A stretch of 26,923 bases of DNA from a virus (lineage: Duplodnaviria > Caudoviricetes), in the IMG/VR virus record IMGVR_UViG_3300032321_000401, positions 1-26,923 of that record. One strand, given 5' to 3'. Both the position numbers and the translations under genes were made by a program. Below, in pieces: positions 14,848 to 23,742 of this stretch (the first letter of the stretch is position 1; each line of letters opens with the position of its first letter). The notes under the pieces are model-generated. The model made no database searches, had not been told where the DNA came from, and saw only the letters and a program-made list of their open reading frames with translations.

Positions 14848-16635
14848 ATGGCAAACGTAAAAATATCCGCTTTACCAGCCGCAACCACGCCTTTAGCAGG
14901 CACAGAAGCATTACCTATTGTACAAAGCGGCGTAACGGCTAAAGTATCAATTGCCAATTTAACGGCAGGGCGTTCAATATCAGCAAGCGATCTTACTTTA
15001 ACTAATGCACTTCCAATTGCGTCTGGTGGTACAGGACAAATAACAGCTAATGCGTCGTTCAACGCGTTAGCACCTAGCCAAACAAGCAATTCAGGTAAAT
15101 ACCTGACAACTGATGGATCTAATACATCTTGGGCAACTAATCCACTAGGAACAGTAACAAGTATCACCGCAGGAACAGGTTTAACTGGCGGTACGATAAC
15201 AACAAGTGGCACCATAGCAATTGATACCACGGTTGTAGCTACATTAACAGGCACACAAACACTCACTAACAAGACTATTTCAGGTGCTAACAATACATTA
15301 AGCAACATTGGTAACGCAAGCCTGACTAATTCAGCCATTACGATTAATGGTACAAGCACAAGCCTTGGCGGATCAATAAATGTAGGTACAGTTACTTCAG
15401 TTGCAGCTTTAACTTTAGGCACATCAGGGACTGACTTAAGTTCGACTGTAGCTACAGGCACAACAACTCCTGTCATTACTTTAAACGTACCTACAGCTTC
15501 AGCAACCAATCGTGGTGTGTTAAGTTCTGCTGATTGGACTACTTTTAATAATAAAGGTTCAGGAACAGTTACAAGTGTTACAGGTACTGCTCCTGTTGTA
15601 TCATCTGGCGGCGTTACACCCGCCATCAGCATGGCTGCGGCAACAACATCAGTAAATGGTTATTTAACATCAACTGATTGGACTACTTTTAATAACAAAC
15701 AAGCCGCTTTAGTTAGTGGTACAAACCTTAAAACGGTTAACGGTACAACTTTATTAGGGTCAGGCGATCTTGGCATTATTACAGGTACCTATGGTGGTAC
15801 AGGTATTAATAACGGTTCAAACACAATTACGATTGCTGGAAACTTAACCCATGCGGGGGCTTTTACTCAGTCTTATACCGCAACTGCAAATACTGCGGTT
15901 ACATTACCTGCGGGCGCAACAGCAGCAAGTAATAACTTATTAAGCTCTGCAACTGCGGTAGGAATTGTTACTGGAACACCGTCAGCTTCAAATTATTTGC
16001 GTGGCGATGGCACCTGGGCAACTATTGCTAGTGGCGGTACAGTAAGCTCAGTAGCTTTAACAGCACCTTCTATATTTACCGTTACAGGTAGTCCAATAAC
16101 AAGTTCAGGCACGTTAGCTTTAACTTATTCAGGCACAGCGCTACCAATACTTAACGGTGGAACTGGTCAAACTACGGCAAGCGCCGCATTTAATGCGCTA
16201 TCACCGATTACAACTGCGGGCGATTTAATATTAGGTACAGGCGTAAATACAGCGGGCAGATTAGGAATAGGTACTAACGGTCAAGTTTTACAATCTAATG
16301 GCACAACCGCATCTTGGGTAACATTTACTGGCGGTGCAACCATTACGGCAACAACTTCTAATACAACCTATTATTTAGTAGGTACAAGCTCTACATCAGG
16401 AAGTTTATCAACTGCATCTATATCGACTACTAGTCCTGTAAGCTATAACGCATCTACAGGAACATTATCAGCACCTGTACATTATGCAAGTGAAGGGTTT
16501 TATACAAATTCACTTACAAATACTGTGTCGTATACTATTCCAGCAACTGCAAACGCAATGACAGTTGGGCCATATACAATCGCATCAAGTACAACGGTAA
16601 CAGTCAGTTCAGGCTCACGTTGGGTAATTATTTAA
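14848..16635 (+). CDS. Long fibre protein
   Basis: 595 aa, Thr/Gly/Ser-rich; N-terminal KISALP segment; repeated LPIxxGGTG, GTVTS and DWTTFNNK units; C-terminal YTIP...AMTVGP...SGSRWVII. Confidence 0.88.
   Translation: MANVKISALPAATTPLAGTEALPIVQSGVTAKVSIANLTAGRSISASDLTLTNALPIASGGTGQITANASFNALAPSQTSNSGKYLTTDGSNTSWATNPLGTVTSITAGTGLTGGTITTSGTIAIDTTVVATLTGTQTLTNKTISGANNTLSNIGNASLTNSAITINGTSTSLGGSINVGTVTSVAALTLGTSGTDLSSTVATGTTTPVITLNVPTASATNRGVLSSADWTTFNNKGSGTVTSVTGTAPVVSSGGVTPAISMAAATTSVNGYLTSTDWTTFNNKQAALVSGTNLKTVNGTTLLGSGDLGIITGTYGGTGINNGSNTITIAGNLTHAGAFTQSYTATANTAVTLPAGATAASNNLLSSATAVGIVTGTPSASNYLRGDGTWATIASGGTVSSVALTAPSIFTVTGSPITSSGTLALTYSGTALPILNGGTGQTTASAAFNALSPITTAGDLILGTGVNTAGRLGIGTNGQVLQSNGTTASWVTFTGGATITATTSNTTYYLVGTSSTSGSLSTASISTTSPVSYNASTGTLSAPVHYASEGFYTNSLTNTVSYTIPATANAMTVGPYTIASSTTVTVSSGSRWVII
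15530..15695 (+). repeat. Exact 22-bp direct repeat CTGATTGGACTACTTTTAATAA
   Basis: Copies at 15530-15551 and 15674-15695. Confidence 0.88.
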
Positions 16636-16644
16636 GGATAAATC

Positions 16645-17037
16645 ATGCCATACGGAACTTTAGCAATTGATACAATTAACGCAAGCACAGGAGTATTAGC
16701 TACTCAAAATGGAATGACAGGTATTGCAAAGGCTTGGGTAAATTTTCAAGGTGGTAACGGAAATACTGCTGGCACAATCAATGGCTCATTTAATGTTTCT
16801 AGTATTACTGTAAACGGCACAGGTGATTACACAGCAAATTTTACTACTGCAATGCCATCCGCAAATTACGTAATTGCTGGTTCTTGTAAAGAATCTGACG
16901 CTGGAACATCTGACGGTGTTTTAAAAATTGGTGAATTTTCTGGAAATCCATCTACGACTACAGCAAGAGTTGTTACTGGTTCTGTTGCTCTTGCAGGAAA
17001 TATGCAATTAGTAATGCTTTCATTTTTTGGTGCATAA
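16645..17037 (+). CDS. Small fibre-tip/adhesin-like protein (AWVNF type), copy 1
   Basis: AKAWVNF...FNVSSI...GDYTANF...ANY; follows the fibre gene. Confidence 0.75.
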   Translation: MPYGTLAIDTINASTGVLATQNGMTGIAKAWVNFQGGNGNTAGTINGSFNVSSITVNGTGDYTANFTTAMPSANYVIAGSCKESDAGTSDGVLKIGEFSGNPSTTTARVVTGSVALAGNMQLVMLSFFGA

Positions 17038-17047
17038 AGGATAAATC

Positions 17048-17428
17048 ATGGCATCTATAATTAACGCTTCAGTTGCATCTAGTGGCATCGTATCAACTGC
17101 TGATGCTAGTGGTATTATTAAAGTACAAAGCGATGGAAAAAATGTGACCGCTGGGGCTTGGGTGAATTTTAACGGTGTAACAACTGTGACAATTAGGTCG
17201 CAATACAATGTATCTAGTGTAGCTAGAAATTCGGTTGGTAATTACACAATTAATTTTACAAATGCTTTTTCAGACGCTAATTATGCTGTTGCATCAATAA
17301 ATGATAATACTGATAATTGGTCACAAATTTTAACGCTTTCAGCAGGTAGTGCAAATATGTCTTGTAGAGACTCTGGAACAACACTACAAGATGCTACAAC
17401 TTATACTGCCATATTTTTTGGTCAATAG
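17048..17428 (+). CDS. Small fibre-tip/adhesin-like protein (AWVNF type), copy 2
   Basis: AWVNF...YNVSSV...GNYTINF...ANY; paralogous to the previous gene. Confidence 0.75.
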   Translation: MASIINASVASSGIVSTADASGIIKVQSDGKNVTAGAWVNFNGVTTVTIRSQYNVSSVARNSVGNYTINFTNAFSDANYAVASINDNTDNWSQILTLSAGSANMSCRDSGTTLQDATTYTAIFFGQ

Positions 17429-17445
17429 TTTAAAAGGAAATTAAA

Positions 17446-17850
17446 ATGGCTCAAGTAATTATATTCAGTAATACAAACGGTGGAGTTTCTGTCTGTGTAC
17501 CTACAGGTGAACTTCCAATTGAAGCCGTCTTAGCAAAAGACTGTCCAGCAGGTGCAATCGTTGTTGATGACGCTACATTACCACAGGCTGACAATGACTT
17601 TTTTGACGCTTGGGAGTTGAATGGTTCAACAGTATCTGTTAACCTTGATAAAGCAAAGACAATTACTAAGACTAGACTTCGTGCTGAAAGAGCACCATTA
17701 TTATTGGCACAAGATGTCTTATTTCAACGTGCTTTAGAGTCTAATAGCGATACAAGTGCAATTGTTGCTGAAAAGACAAGATTGCGTGATGTTACTAATT
17801 TAGTTGACGCTGAAACAACATTAGAAGGCTTACGAGCCATTAAGGTTTAA
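17446..17850 (+). CDS. Putative tail fibre assembly chaperone
   Basis: FFDAW followed by helical RLRAERAPLL...RLRDVT pattern; located within the fibre cluster. Confidence 0.62.
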   Translation: MAQVIIFSNTNGGVSVCVPTGELPIEAVLAKDCPAGAIVVDDATLPQADNDFFDAWELNGSTVSVNLDKAKTITKTRLRAERAPLLLAQDVLFQRALESNSDTSAIVAEKTRLRDVTNLVDAETTLEGLRAIKV

Positions 17851-17851
17851 T

Positions 17852-18370
17852 ATGTCAATTACTTTAGATGGTTCAAATCTAGCAACGGTAGGAGTAATTA
17901 ATTCTGCTACGGCAAAGGCTAGTACAAGTGGTACAAGTATTGACTTTACTGGTATACCATCAGGGGTAAAGCGTGTAACTGTAATGTTTGGCGGTGTAAG
18001 TACAAGTGGAACTTCAAACATACAAGCACAAATAGGTTCAGGAAGTGTTGATACAGCATCTACTTATTTAGGTGCTTGTAGTAATGTTGGTGGCACTAAT
18101 AATGCTGGTGCGGCACAAAACACAACTGGGTTTTTAATAGTCAATAACGTAGTAGCCGCATCTACATATAACGGGGCATTAACATTTACAACGATTGGAA
18201 GTAATATTTGGTGTTTAACTGGGACATTAAGTAGTACTTCATCTACTATTTATAATTTTCCTTCTTCGGGTAGTAAAACACTTTCAGGAACATTAGACCG
18301 AGTACGCATTACTACAGTAAACGGCACAGACACATTTGACGCTGGTTCAATTAACATCCTTTACGAGTAA
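17852..18370 (+). CDS. Small fibre-tip/adhesin-like protein (SIDFTGIP type)
   Basis: SGTSIDFTGIPSGVKRVTV...LDRVRI...FDAGSINILYE; beta-rich. Confidence 0.72.
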   Translation: MSITLDGSNLATVGVINSATAKASTSGTSIDFTGIPSGVKRVTVMFGGVSTSGTSNIQAQIGSGSVDTASTYLGACSNVGGTNNAGAAQNTTGFLIVNNVVAASTYNGALTFTTIGSNIWCLTGTLSSTSSTIYNFPSSGSKTLSGTLDRVRITTVNGTDTFDAGSINILYE

Positions 18371-18375
18371 ATACT

Positions 18376-19221
18376 ATGCCAACTGTAAATTTATCATCGC
18401 TTGCTGGATCAGGAACTCAATTTTTTGATGATAGTGGCACACCTTTAGCTGGCGGGTTAATTTATACCTACGCAGCTGGCGGCACAACGCCTTTAGTGAC
18501 GTATACATCTAGCACGGGTTTAGTAGCTCACCCTAACCCTATCGTATTAGACTCAGCAGGGCGTATTAATGAGATTTGGATTGCTGAAGGTACTAGCTAT
18601 AAGTTTGTACTTAAATCATCTACCAACGTATTAATTGGTTCTTTTGATAACTTGTTCCCAATTGCCTCTTTACCTGTCAGTATATACAACGGTGGTACAG
18701 GTGCTACGACAGCCGACGGCGCTCGTATTAATTTAGGTTTGGGTACTTTTCTTGTGCCTACAGGCAGTTTAATTATGTGGCCTTCAAACACTATTCCTTC
18801 CGATTGGAAACTATGTAACGGCGCAGCTATATCACGCGTAACATACAGCACACTCTTTTCTTTACTTGGAACTACTTTTGGTGCTGGCGATGGCACTACA
18901 ACATTTAACTTACCTGACTATAGAAATAGGATGCCTTACGGTGCTGATGCCGTGGTTGTCGGTGCTACAGGCGGTAGCGCTGATTCAATAGTCGTTAGTC
19001 ACACTCATACAGCAACAGTTACTGACCCTGGTCATTTACATACGTATAGTTCACCTGTTTCTCCTGGTGCTGGTGGTACTGGCGCGTTAGGTACACAAGC
19101 AACAGCTAACACAAGTACAGCAACAACAGGAATTACTGTAGCTAATAGCACAACTGGTGCAAGTGGAACTGGGGCTAATTTGCCCCCGTACCTTGGAATT
19201 AACTTTATTATTAAAACATAG
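18376..19221 (+). CDS. Short tail fibre with head-binding-like N-terminus and tail-collar domain
   Basis: QFFDDSGTPLAGG...NPIVLDSAGR; collar PTGSLIMW...WKLCNG...FNLPDYR; HTH and HLH motifs; NLPPYLGINFIIKT end. Confidence 0.88.
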   Translation: MPTVNLSSLAGSGTQFFDDSGTPLAGGLIYTYAAGGTTPLVTYTSSTGLVAHPNPIVLDSAGRINEIWIAEGTSYKFVLKSSTNVLIGSFDNLFPIASLPVSIYNGGTGATTADGARINLGLGTFLVPTGSLIMWPSNTIPSDWKLCNGAAISRVTYSTLFSLLGTTFGAGDGTTTFNLPDYRNRMPYGADAVVVGATGGSADSIVVSHTHTATVTDPGHLHTYSSPVSPGAGGTGALGTQATANTSTATTGITVANSTTGASGTGANLPPYLGINFIIKT

Positions 19222-19241
19222 CATATTCAATATATTTAGTA

Positions 19242-19290
19242 TAGAATTACCGTAAACGCACTAGCCGTTAGCTAGGGATTCTTAGGAGTC
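19242..19290 (+). promoter_or_regulatory. Candidate -10 (TAGAAT) and two-hairpin leader occluding the scaffold RBS
   Basis: TAGAAT 19242-19247; CTAGC/GCTAG 19261-19275; GATTC-TTAG-GAGTC 19277-19290 containing AGGAG. Confidence 0.55.
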
Positions 19291-19294
19291 ATAG

Positions 19295-20080
19295 ATGTCT
19301 GAAGAACAAGAAGTAGTCTTAGCGGACTCAAATGCCGCGCCAGTACAGGAAGCAACAGCAGCTCCTGAACCTGAAGTAGTATCGCTGGAAGAAAAGCCCG
19401 TTGAAGCAGCTAAAACCTTCTCACAAGAAGAACTAGATGCAGCGATTGGAAAACGACTTGCAAGAGAACAACGTAAGTGGGAAAGAGAACAGAACGCCAA
19501 GCGCGCAGAAATGCAAACTCGGGCGATTCCAGCCGAAATCCCGTCAGTCGATTCGTTTAACTCGCCAGAAGAATATGCTGAAGTATTAGCAGAACGTAAG
19601 GCAGAAGAACTAATAGCTAGACGTGAACAAGCTAGAGCGCAGTCTGATCTTTTAGAGTCTTACCACGACAGGGAAGAAGAAGCGCGGACTAAGTATGATG
19701 ACTTTGAACAAGTCGCATATAACCCCAAGCTACCAATTACTGACGTGATGGCTCAAACGATTCAATCTTCAGATATTGGCCCCGATATGGCTTATTACCT
19801 AGGGACTAATCCGAAAGAGGCTGAACGTATATCTCGCTTATCACCTTTCATGCAAGCCAAAGAAATAGGGAAGATTGAAGCTAAATTAAGCGACAACCCT
19901 CCTGTAAAAAAGACTTCAAGCGCTCCTGCGCCGATTGCACCTGTCACCGCTAGAGGTTCTAATGCGGCGGCTTATGATACAACTGATCCTCGTTCGATTA
20001 AGAACATGAGTACGTCAGAATGGATTGAAGCTGAAAGAAATCGACAGATCAAGAAGCTAGAAGCATTGAGAAACCGCTAG
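19295..20080 (+). CDS. Capsid scaffolding protein
   Basis: Acidic N-terminus, coiled coil (FSQEELDAAIGKRLARE), Pro-rich linker, basic C-terminal helix; upstream of coat. Confidence 0.88.
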   Translation: MSEEQEVVLADSNAAPVQEATAAPEPEVVSLEEKPVEAAKTFSQEELDAAIGKRLAREQRKWEREQNAKRAEMQTRAIPAEIPSVDSFNSPEEYAEVLAERKAEELIARREQARAQSDLLESYHDREEEARTKYDDFEQVAYNPKLPITDVMAQTIQSSDIGPDMAYYLGTNPKEAERISRLSPFMQAKEIGKIEAKLSDNPPVKKTSSAPAPIAPVTARGSNAAAYDTTDPRSIKNMSTSEWIEAERNRQIKKLEALRNR

Positions 20081-20112
20081 TATTACCTGATGATTTCATG
20101 TAAGATGATTAC

Positions 20113-20652
20113 ATGGATAATTCAGAAAAAAGTGTTGTAAAGGGTACTTTGTACTCAGAAGTCGAAGAACTAAAGCGGCAACGCAATAGAGAAGCGGCGG
20201 CTAGGTATAGAGATCGTAACCGTGCTTTAGTTACACAACGTGTGCGTGATTGGCGTAATGCAAACAAAGAGAAATCTCGTGAGCAAAGTCGTGAATGGCG
20301 CAACCGTAAGTTAGCGAATGGTTCACCAGAAGAAGTTGCTAAGTTTAGAGCAACGGAAGCTGCTAAAACTAAACGCTTGCAAGCGGTATGCAAGGATGCT
20401 GTATTTACTGCTTATGGTGGATATAAATGTGCTTGCTGTAGTGAAACTGAGGCTTTATTTTTATCAATTGATCATATACATAATGATGGCAATATTGAAC
20501 GAAAAGCAGGACTATACGGCGGAAGCGGTACAGGATTCTATCAATGGTTGCGTAAAAACTTGTTTCCTTCTGGATATCAAGTATTATGTATGAATTGTCA
20601 AATTGGCAAACATAAAAACGGTGGAGTATGCCCTCATCAAAACTTCCGTTAA
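20113..20652 (+). CDS. Free-standing HNH (His-Me finger) endonuclease, probable homing endonuclease
   Basis: Arg-rich helical N-terminus; CACC...LSIDHIHNDG...YQVLCMNC; inserted between scaffold and coat. Confidence 0.85.
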   Translation: MDNSEKSVVKGTLYSEVEELKRQRNREAAARYRDRNRALVTQRVRDWRNANKEKSREQSREWRNRKLANGSPEEVAKFRATEAAKTKRLQAVCKDAVFTAYGGYKCACCSETEALFLSIDHIHNDGNIERKAGLYGGSGTGFYQWLRKNLFPSGYQVLCMNCQIGKHKNGGVCPHQNFR

Positions 20653-20672
20653 CTACTTTTTAAGGACATATT

Positions 20673-21881
20673 ATGAGTAATAGCATTTTAACGATCGACA
20701 TGATCACGCGCAAGGCTTTGGAGATATTAGAAAACAACCTTGTACTCACACGTAACGTAAACCGCCAATACGACGATAGCTTCGCCGTTGAAGGTGCCAA
20801 AATTGGTTCAACACTCCGTATCCGTTTACCAGACCGCGCGTTGGTAACTGACGGTGCCGCCTTGCAAGTTCAAGACGACAACGAACAGTTCACAACATTG
20901 ACTGTTGCTAGTCAAAAGCACATTGGTGTCAACTTCACTTCTGCTGAATTAACAATGCAGTTAGATGACTTTGCAGAGCGTGTTCTAAAACCTCGTATTA
21001 GCCAGTTAGCCTCAAGTATTGATGCTGACGTAGCTAACTCTTTCAAGAGTATTTATCAGTCTGTTGGTACACCAGGCACAACTCCTTCTACTTCTTTGGT
21101 CTTGTTACAAGCTCAACAGAAATTGAACGAAGCTGCTGCTGTCATGTCCCCACGGTATGCTACTGTAAATCCTGCCGCTAACGCTGGCTTGGTTGAAGGT
21201 ATGAAAGGCTTATTCAACCCAACTAGCACTATCAGCCGTCAGTTTAAGAACGGTATGATGGGTGAAGGTGTATTAGGGTTTGAAGAAATCAACATGAGCC
21301 AATCTATTAGTCAGCATACAACTGGTGTTACTCCAACTGCACCAATCGTAGCAACTGCACCAAGCACTCAAGGCACAACATCGTTAGCTATTAGTTTTAC
21401 TAGCGGTTCACCAACTTTCAAAATTGGTGATGTGTTTACTGTTGCTGGCGTATATGCTGTTAACCCACAAACTCGTCAGTCAACAGGCTCACTACAACAA
21501 TTTGTTGTAACTGCTGATTTGGCTATTTCTTCAACTACAACTGGCACTTTAACAGTATCACCAGCAATGTACACATCAACTAATGCTTTGGCAACAATTG
21601 ATTCGTTCCCTGCTGCTAGTGCCGTTTTAACTTTCCTAGGTGGATCTGCAACAGCTTACCCACAAAACTTGATCTATCACAAAGATGCGATCACTTTTGC
21701 GACTGCTGACTTGCTATTACCACAAGGTGTAGACATGGCTTCACGTCAAGTTCACAACGGTATCTCGATGCGTGTTGTACGTCAGTACGACATCAACAAT
21801 GACCGTTTACCTTGCCGTATTGACGTTCTATACGGTTACAGCGTGATCCGACCACAAATGGCTTGCCGTCTGTGGGGTTAA
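20673..21881 (+). CDS. Major capsid protein, P22 coat (gp5) family
   Basis: 402 aa; ITRKALEILENNL, KIGSTLRIRLP, RIDVLYG motifs; AAGGA RBS; strong codon bias; terminator downstream. Confidence 0.95.
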   Translation: MSNSILTIDMITRKALEILENNLVLTRNVNRQYDDSFAVEGAKIGSTLRIRLPDRALVTDGAALQVQDDNEQFTTLTVASQKHIGVNFTSAELTMQLDDFAERVLKPRISQLASSIDADVANSFKSIYQSVGTPGTTPSTSLVLLQAQQKLNEAAAVMSPRYATVNPAANAGLVEGMKGLFNPTSTISRQFKNGMMGEGVLGFEEINMSQSISQHTTGVTPTAPIVATAPSTQGTTSLAISFTSGSPTFKIGDVFTVAGVYAVNPQTRQSTGSLQQFVVTADLAISSTTTGTLTVSPAMYTSTNALATIDSFPAASAVLTFLGGSATAYPQNLIYHKDAITFATADLLLPQGVDMASRQVHNGISMRVVRQYDINNDRLPCRIDVLYGYSVIRPQMACRLWG

Positions 21882-21889
21882 ACCTAAAT

Positions 21890-21915
21890 GCTCCCGTGTA
21901 GACGGGGGCTTTTTT
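21890..21915 (+). terminator. Intrinsic terminator after the coat gene
   Basis: GCTCCCGT-GTAG-ACGGGGGC followed by T6. Confidence 0.88.
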
Positions 21916-21935
21916 AATATTTAAGGAGAATTATT

Positions 21936-22331
21936 ATGGCATTACCTAATGGTGCAGGTGGTTATCAACTAGGCGACGGTAACTTAACAGAAATTAACAT
22001 GGTTACGCAGCCAACCCCAACGGCTAAAACAGCAGCCGCAACTTTAACAGCAGCCGAACTAGCAACAGGTATTATTACTTATACTGGCGCCGCCGTAGCT
22101 TTAACTGTTCCTCTTGGAACAGCTTTAGACACAGCGTTTCCAAGTATGAAAGTTGATAGTTGTTTTGATTTTTATATCATTAATACAGGCGCAACTAACG
22201 CTGCTACTGTAACGGCTAATACAGGTTGTACTTTGGTAGGTACAGCAGCTGTCTCTGCGGCTACGTCAGCTAATTGGCGTGTTCGTAAAACGGCTGATGC
22301 GACTTATGTTTTCTATCGCATAGCTGGTTAA
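21936..22331 (+). CDS. Putative capsid decoration protein, 131 aa
   Basis: Directly after coat; AAGGAG RBS; Ala/Thr-rich beta protein. Function from position. Confidence 0.65.
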   Translation: MALPNGAGGYQLGDGNLTEINMVTQPTPTAKTAAATLTAAELATGIITYTGAAVALTVPLGTALDTAFPSMKVDSCFDFYIINTGATNAATVTANTGCTLVGTAAVSAATSANWRVRKTADATYVFYRIAG

Positions 22332-22335
22332 TATT

Positions 22336-22358
22336 AATCCCCCGCTTCGGCGGGGATT
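22336..22358 (+). terminator. cUUCGg hairpin, weak terminator or mRNA stabiliser
   Basis: CCCCGC-TTCG-GCGGGG at 22340-22355 with only ATTTC downstream. Confidence 0.65.
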
Positions 22359-22374
22359 TCATAAAGGAATAGAT

Positions 22375-22791
22375 ATGCCTAATACTCAAGCAATCGGCGT
22401 TGCGTATAGTGATCCTGAATTTACGACTTGTTATGCAAGTCAAGAATTAGGTTACTCTGCTGCTGCGCAAGGAACGGTTACGCAAGCAACCGACAAATCA
22501 ACTGGCGTGACCTTAAACAAGTCTGCTGGTCGTATTACAATGAACAACGCGGCTTTGGCAGGTGCAACAGCTGTTTCGTTTACTTTAACTAATAGTTTGA
22601 TTTCCGCAAATGACACAATCGTTGTGTGTGTATCTAGTAATACTACTGGTAGCGCTGCAGGGGCTTACACTACTTACGTTTCTTATTTGGCTGCTGGTTC
22701 TGCCTTAATTACGTTACGTAACTTAACTGCTGCAACATCGTATTCTGAAGCAGTTATTATTAATTTTTCTGTTATTCACGGCGCATCTTAA
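22375..22791 (+). CDS. Putative virion protein, 138 aa, paralogous to the C-terminal domain of 23743-24363
   Basis: GTVTQ...TGVTLNK...ITMNNAALA...VSFTLT...SEAV motif shared with that gene. Confidence 0.75.
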   Translation: MPNTQAIGVAYSDPEFTTCYASQELGYSAAAQGTVTQATDKSTGVTLNKSAGRITMNNAALAGATAVSFTLTNSLISANDTIVVCVSSNTTGSAAGAYTTYVSYLAAGSALITLRNLTAATSYSEAVIINFSVIHGAS

Positions 22792-22793
22792 AA

Positions 22794-22815
22794 ATAGGGG
22801 GCTTCGGCTCCCTAT
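22794..22815 (+). terminator. cUUCGg hairpin, weak terminator or mRNA stabiliser
   Basis: ATAGGGGGC-TTCG-GCTCCCTAT. Confidence 0.65.
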
Positions 22816-22826
22816 CTAATATACTT

Positions 22827-23006
22827 ATGAACATATATTTAAAACATCCTGATCACGGCACTAAAATTGCCTCAATGGAAATGGAAGCAGAATTTGATGA
22901 ACAAAATGGTTGGATACGTTATACTGATGAAACGCCATCTGATGAACCGATTGCGGCTCCTGTTAATACGTTGGAAGTAAAAAGACGTCGTAAAACTATC
23001 GAATAA
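22827..23006 (+). CDS. 59 aa hypothetical protein (MNIYLKHPDHGTKIASMEME...KRRRKTIE)
   Basis: Hand-translated; fills the gap before the gp4-like gene. Confidence 0.8.
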   Translation: MNIYLKHPDHGTKIASMEMEAEFDEQNGWIRYTDETPSDEPIAAPVNTLEVKRRRKTIE

Positions 23007-23016
23007 AAGGTAAGCT

Positions 23017-23733
23017 ATGGCAACTTATACCGCCAATGATCAAATAAATGGTGCGTTACGCTTAATCGGTATGCTTGCTGAAGGTGAAACACCTTCTGCC
23101 GCCACATCTCAAGATGCTTTGTCTGCATTAAATCAAATGATTGATTCTTGGTCAACTGAGCGTCTGTCTGTATTTTCTACACAAGATCAAGTCTTTTCTT
23201 GGGCGCCTGGGTTAATTAGTAGAACATTAGGGCCATCGGGTGACTTTGTTGGTAACAGACCTATTCTTTTAGACGATGCAACATATTTCAGAGATCCTGC
23301 GTCAGGTATCTCTTTTGGTATTAAGATTATCAATCAGCAACAATATGATGGTATTGCGGTCAAAACGGTAACGTCCACGTATCCACAAGTAATATGGATT
23401 AACATGGATTACCCTAATATTGATATGTACATATACCCTGTTCCTACCAAAGTGTTGGAATGGCATTTTATTTCGGTGACTGAGTTAAATCAGCCCGCTA
23501 CATTAGCAACTACCATAGCGTTTCCCCCAGGATATTTAAGAGCGTTTAGATATAACTTAGCGTGTGAAATTGCAGCCGAGTTTGGTGTAGAGCCAAGCCC
23601 ACAAGTATTACGCATTGCAATGGCGTCTAAACGCACGCTCAAGCGCATTAATAATCCTGACGATATCATGGCTATGCCTTACAGTATTGTTGGCACTCGT
23701 CAGCGTTACAACATTTTTGCAGGTAATTATTAA
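23017..23733 (+). CDS. Head-to-tail adaptor, P22 gp4-like
   Basis: INGALRLIG...ALSALNQMIDSW...AFRYNLACEIA; position before the gp10-like gene. Confidence 0.82.
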   Translation: MATYTANDQINGALRLIGMLAEGETPSAATSQDALSALNQMIDSWSTERLSVFSTQDQVFSWAPGLISRTLGPSGDFVGNRPILLDDATYFRDPASGISFGIKIINQQQYDGIAVKTVTSTYPQVIWINMDYPNIDMYIYPVPTKVLEWHFISVTELNQPATLATTIAFPPGYLRAFRYNLACEIAAEFGVEPSPQVLRIAMASKRTLKRINNPDDIMAMPYSIVGTRQRYNIFAGNY

Positions 23734-23742
23734 GGATAAAGT

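Noticed and set aside
14766-15632. 288 aa antisense ORF inside the fibre gene
   Set aside because: Val/Pro/Ala-rich mirror of Thr/Gly/Ser codons, with no independent expression signals.
16645-17428. Possible DGR template/variable repeat pair
   Set aside because: The paralogues differ at all base types and by indels; no reverse transcriptase in the window.
20081-20672. Group I intron around the HNH gene
   Set aside because: Flanks are only about 32 and 20 nt, and both neighbouring genes are intact.
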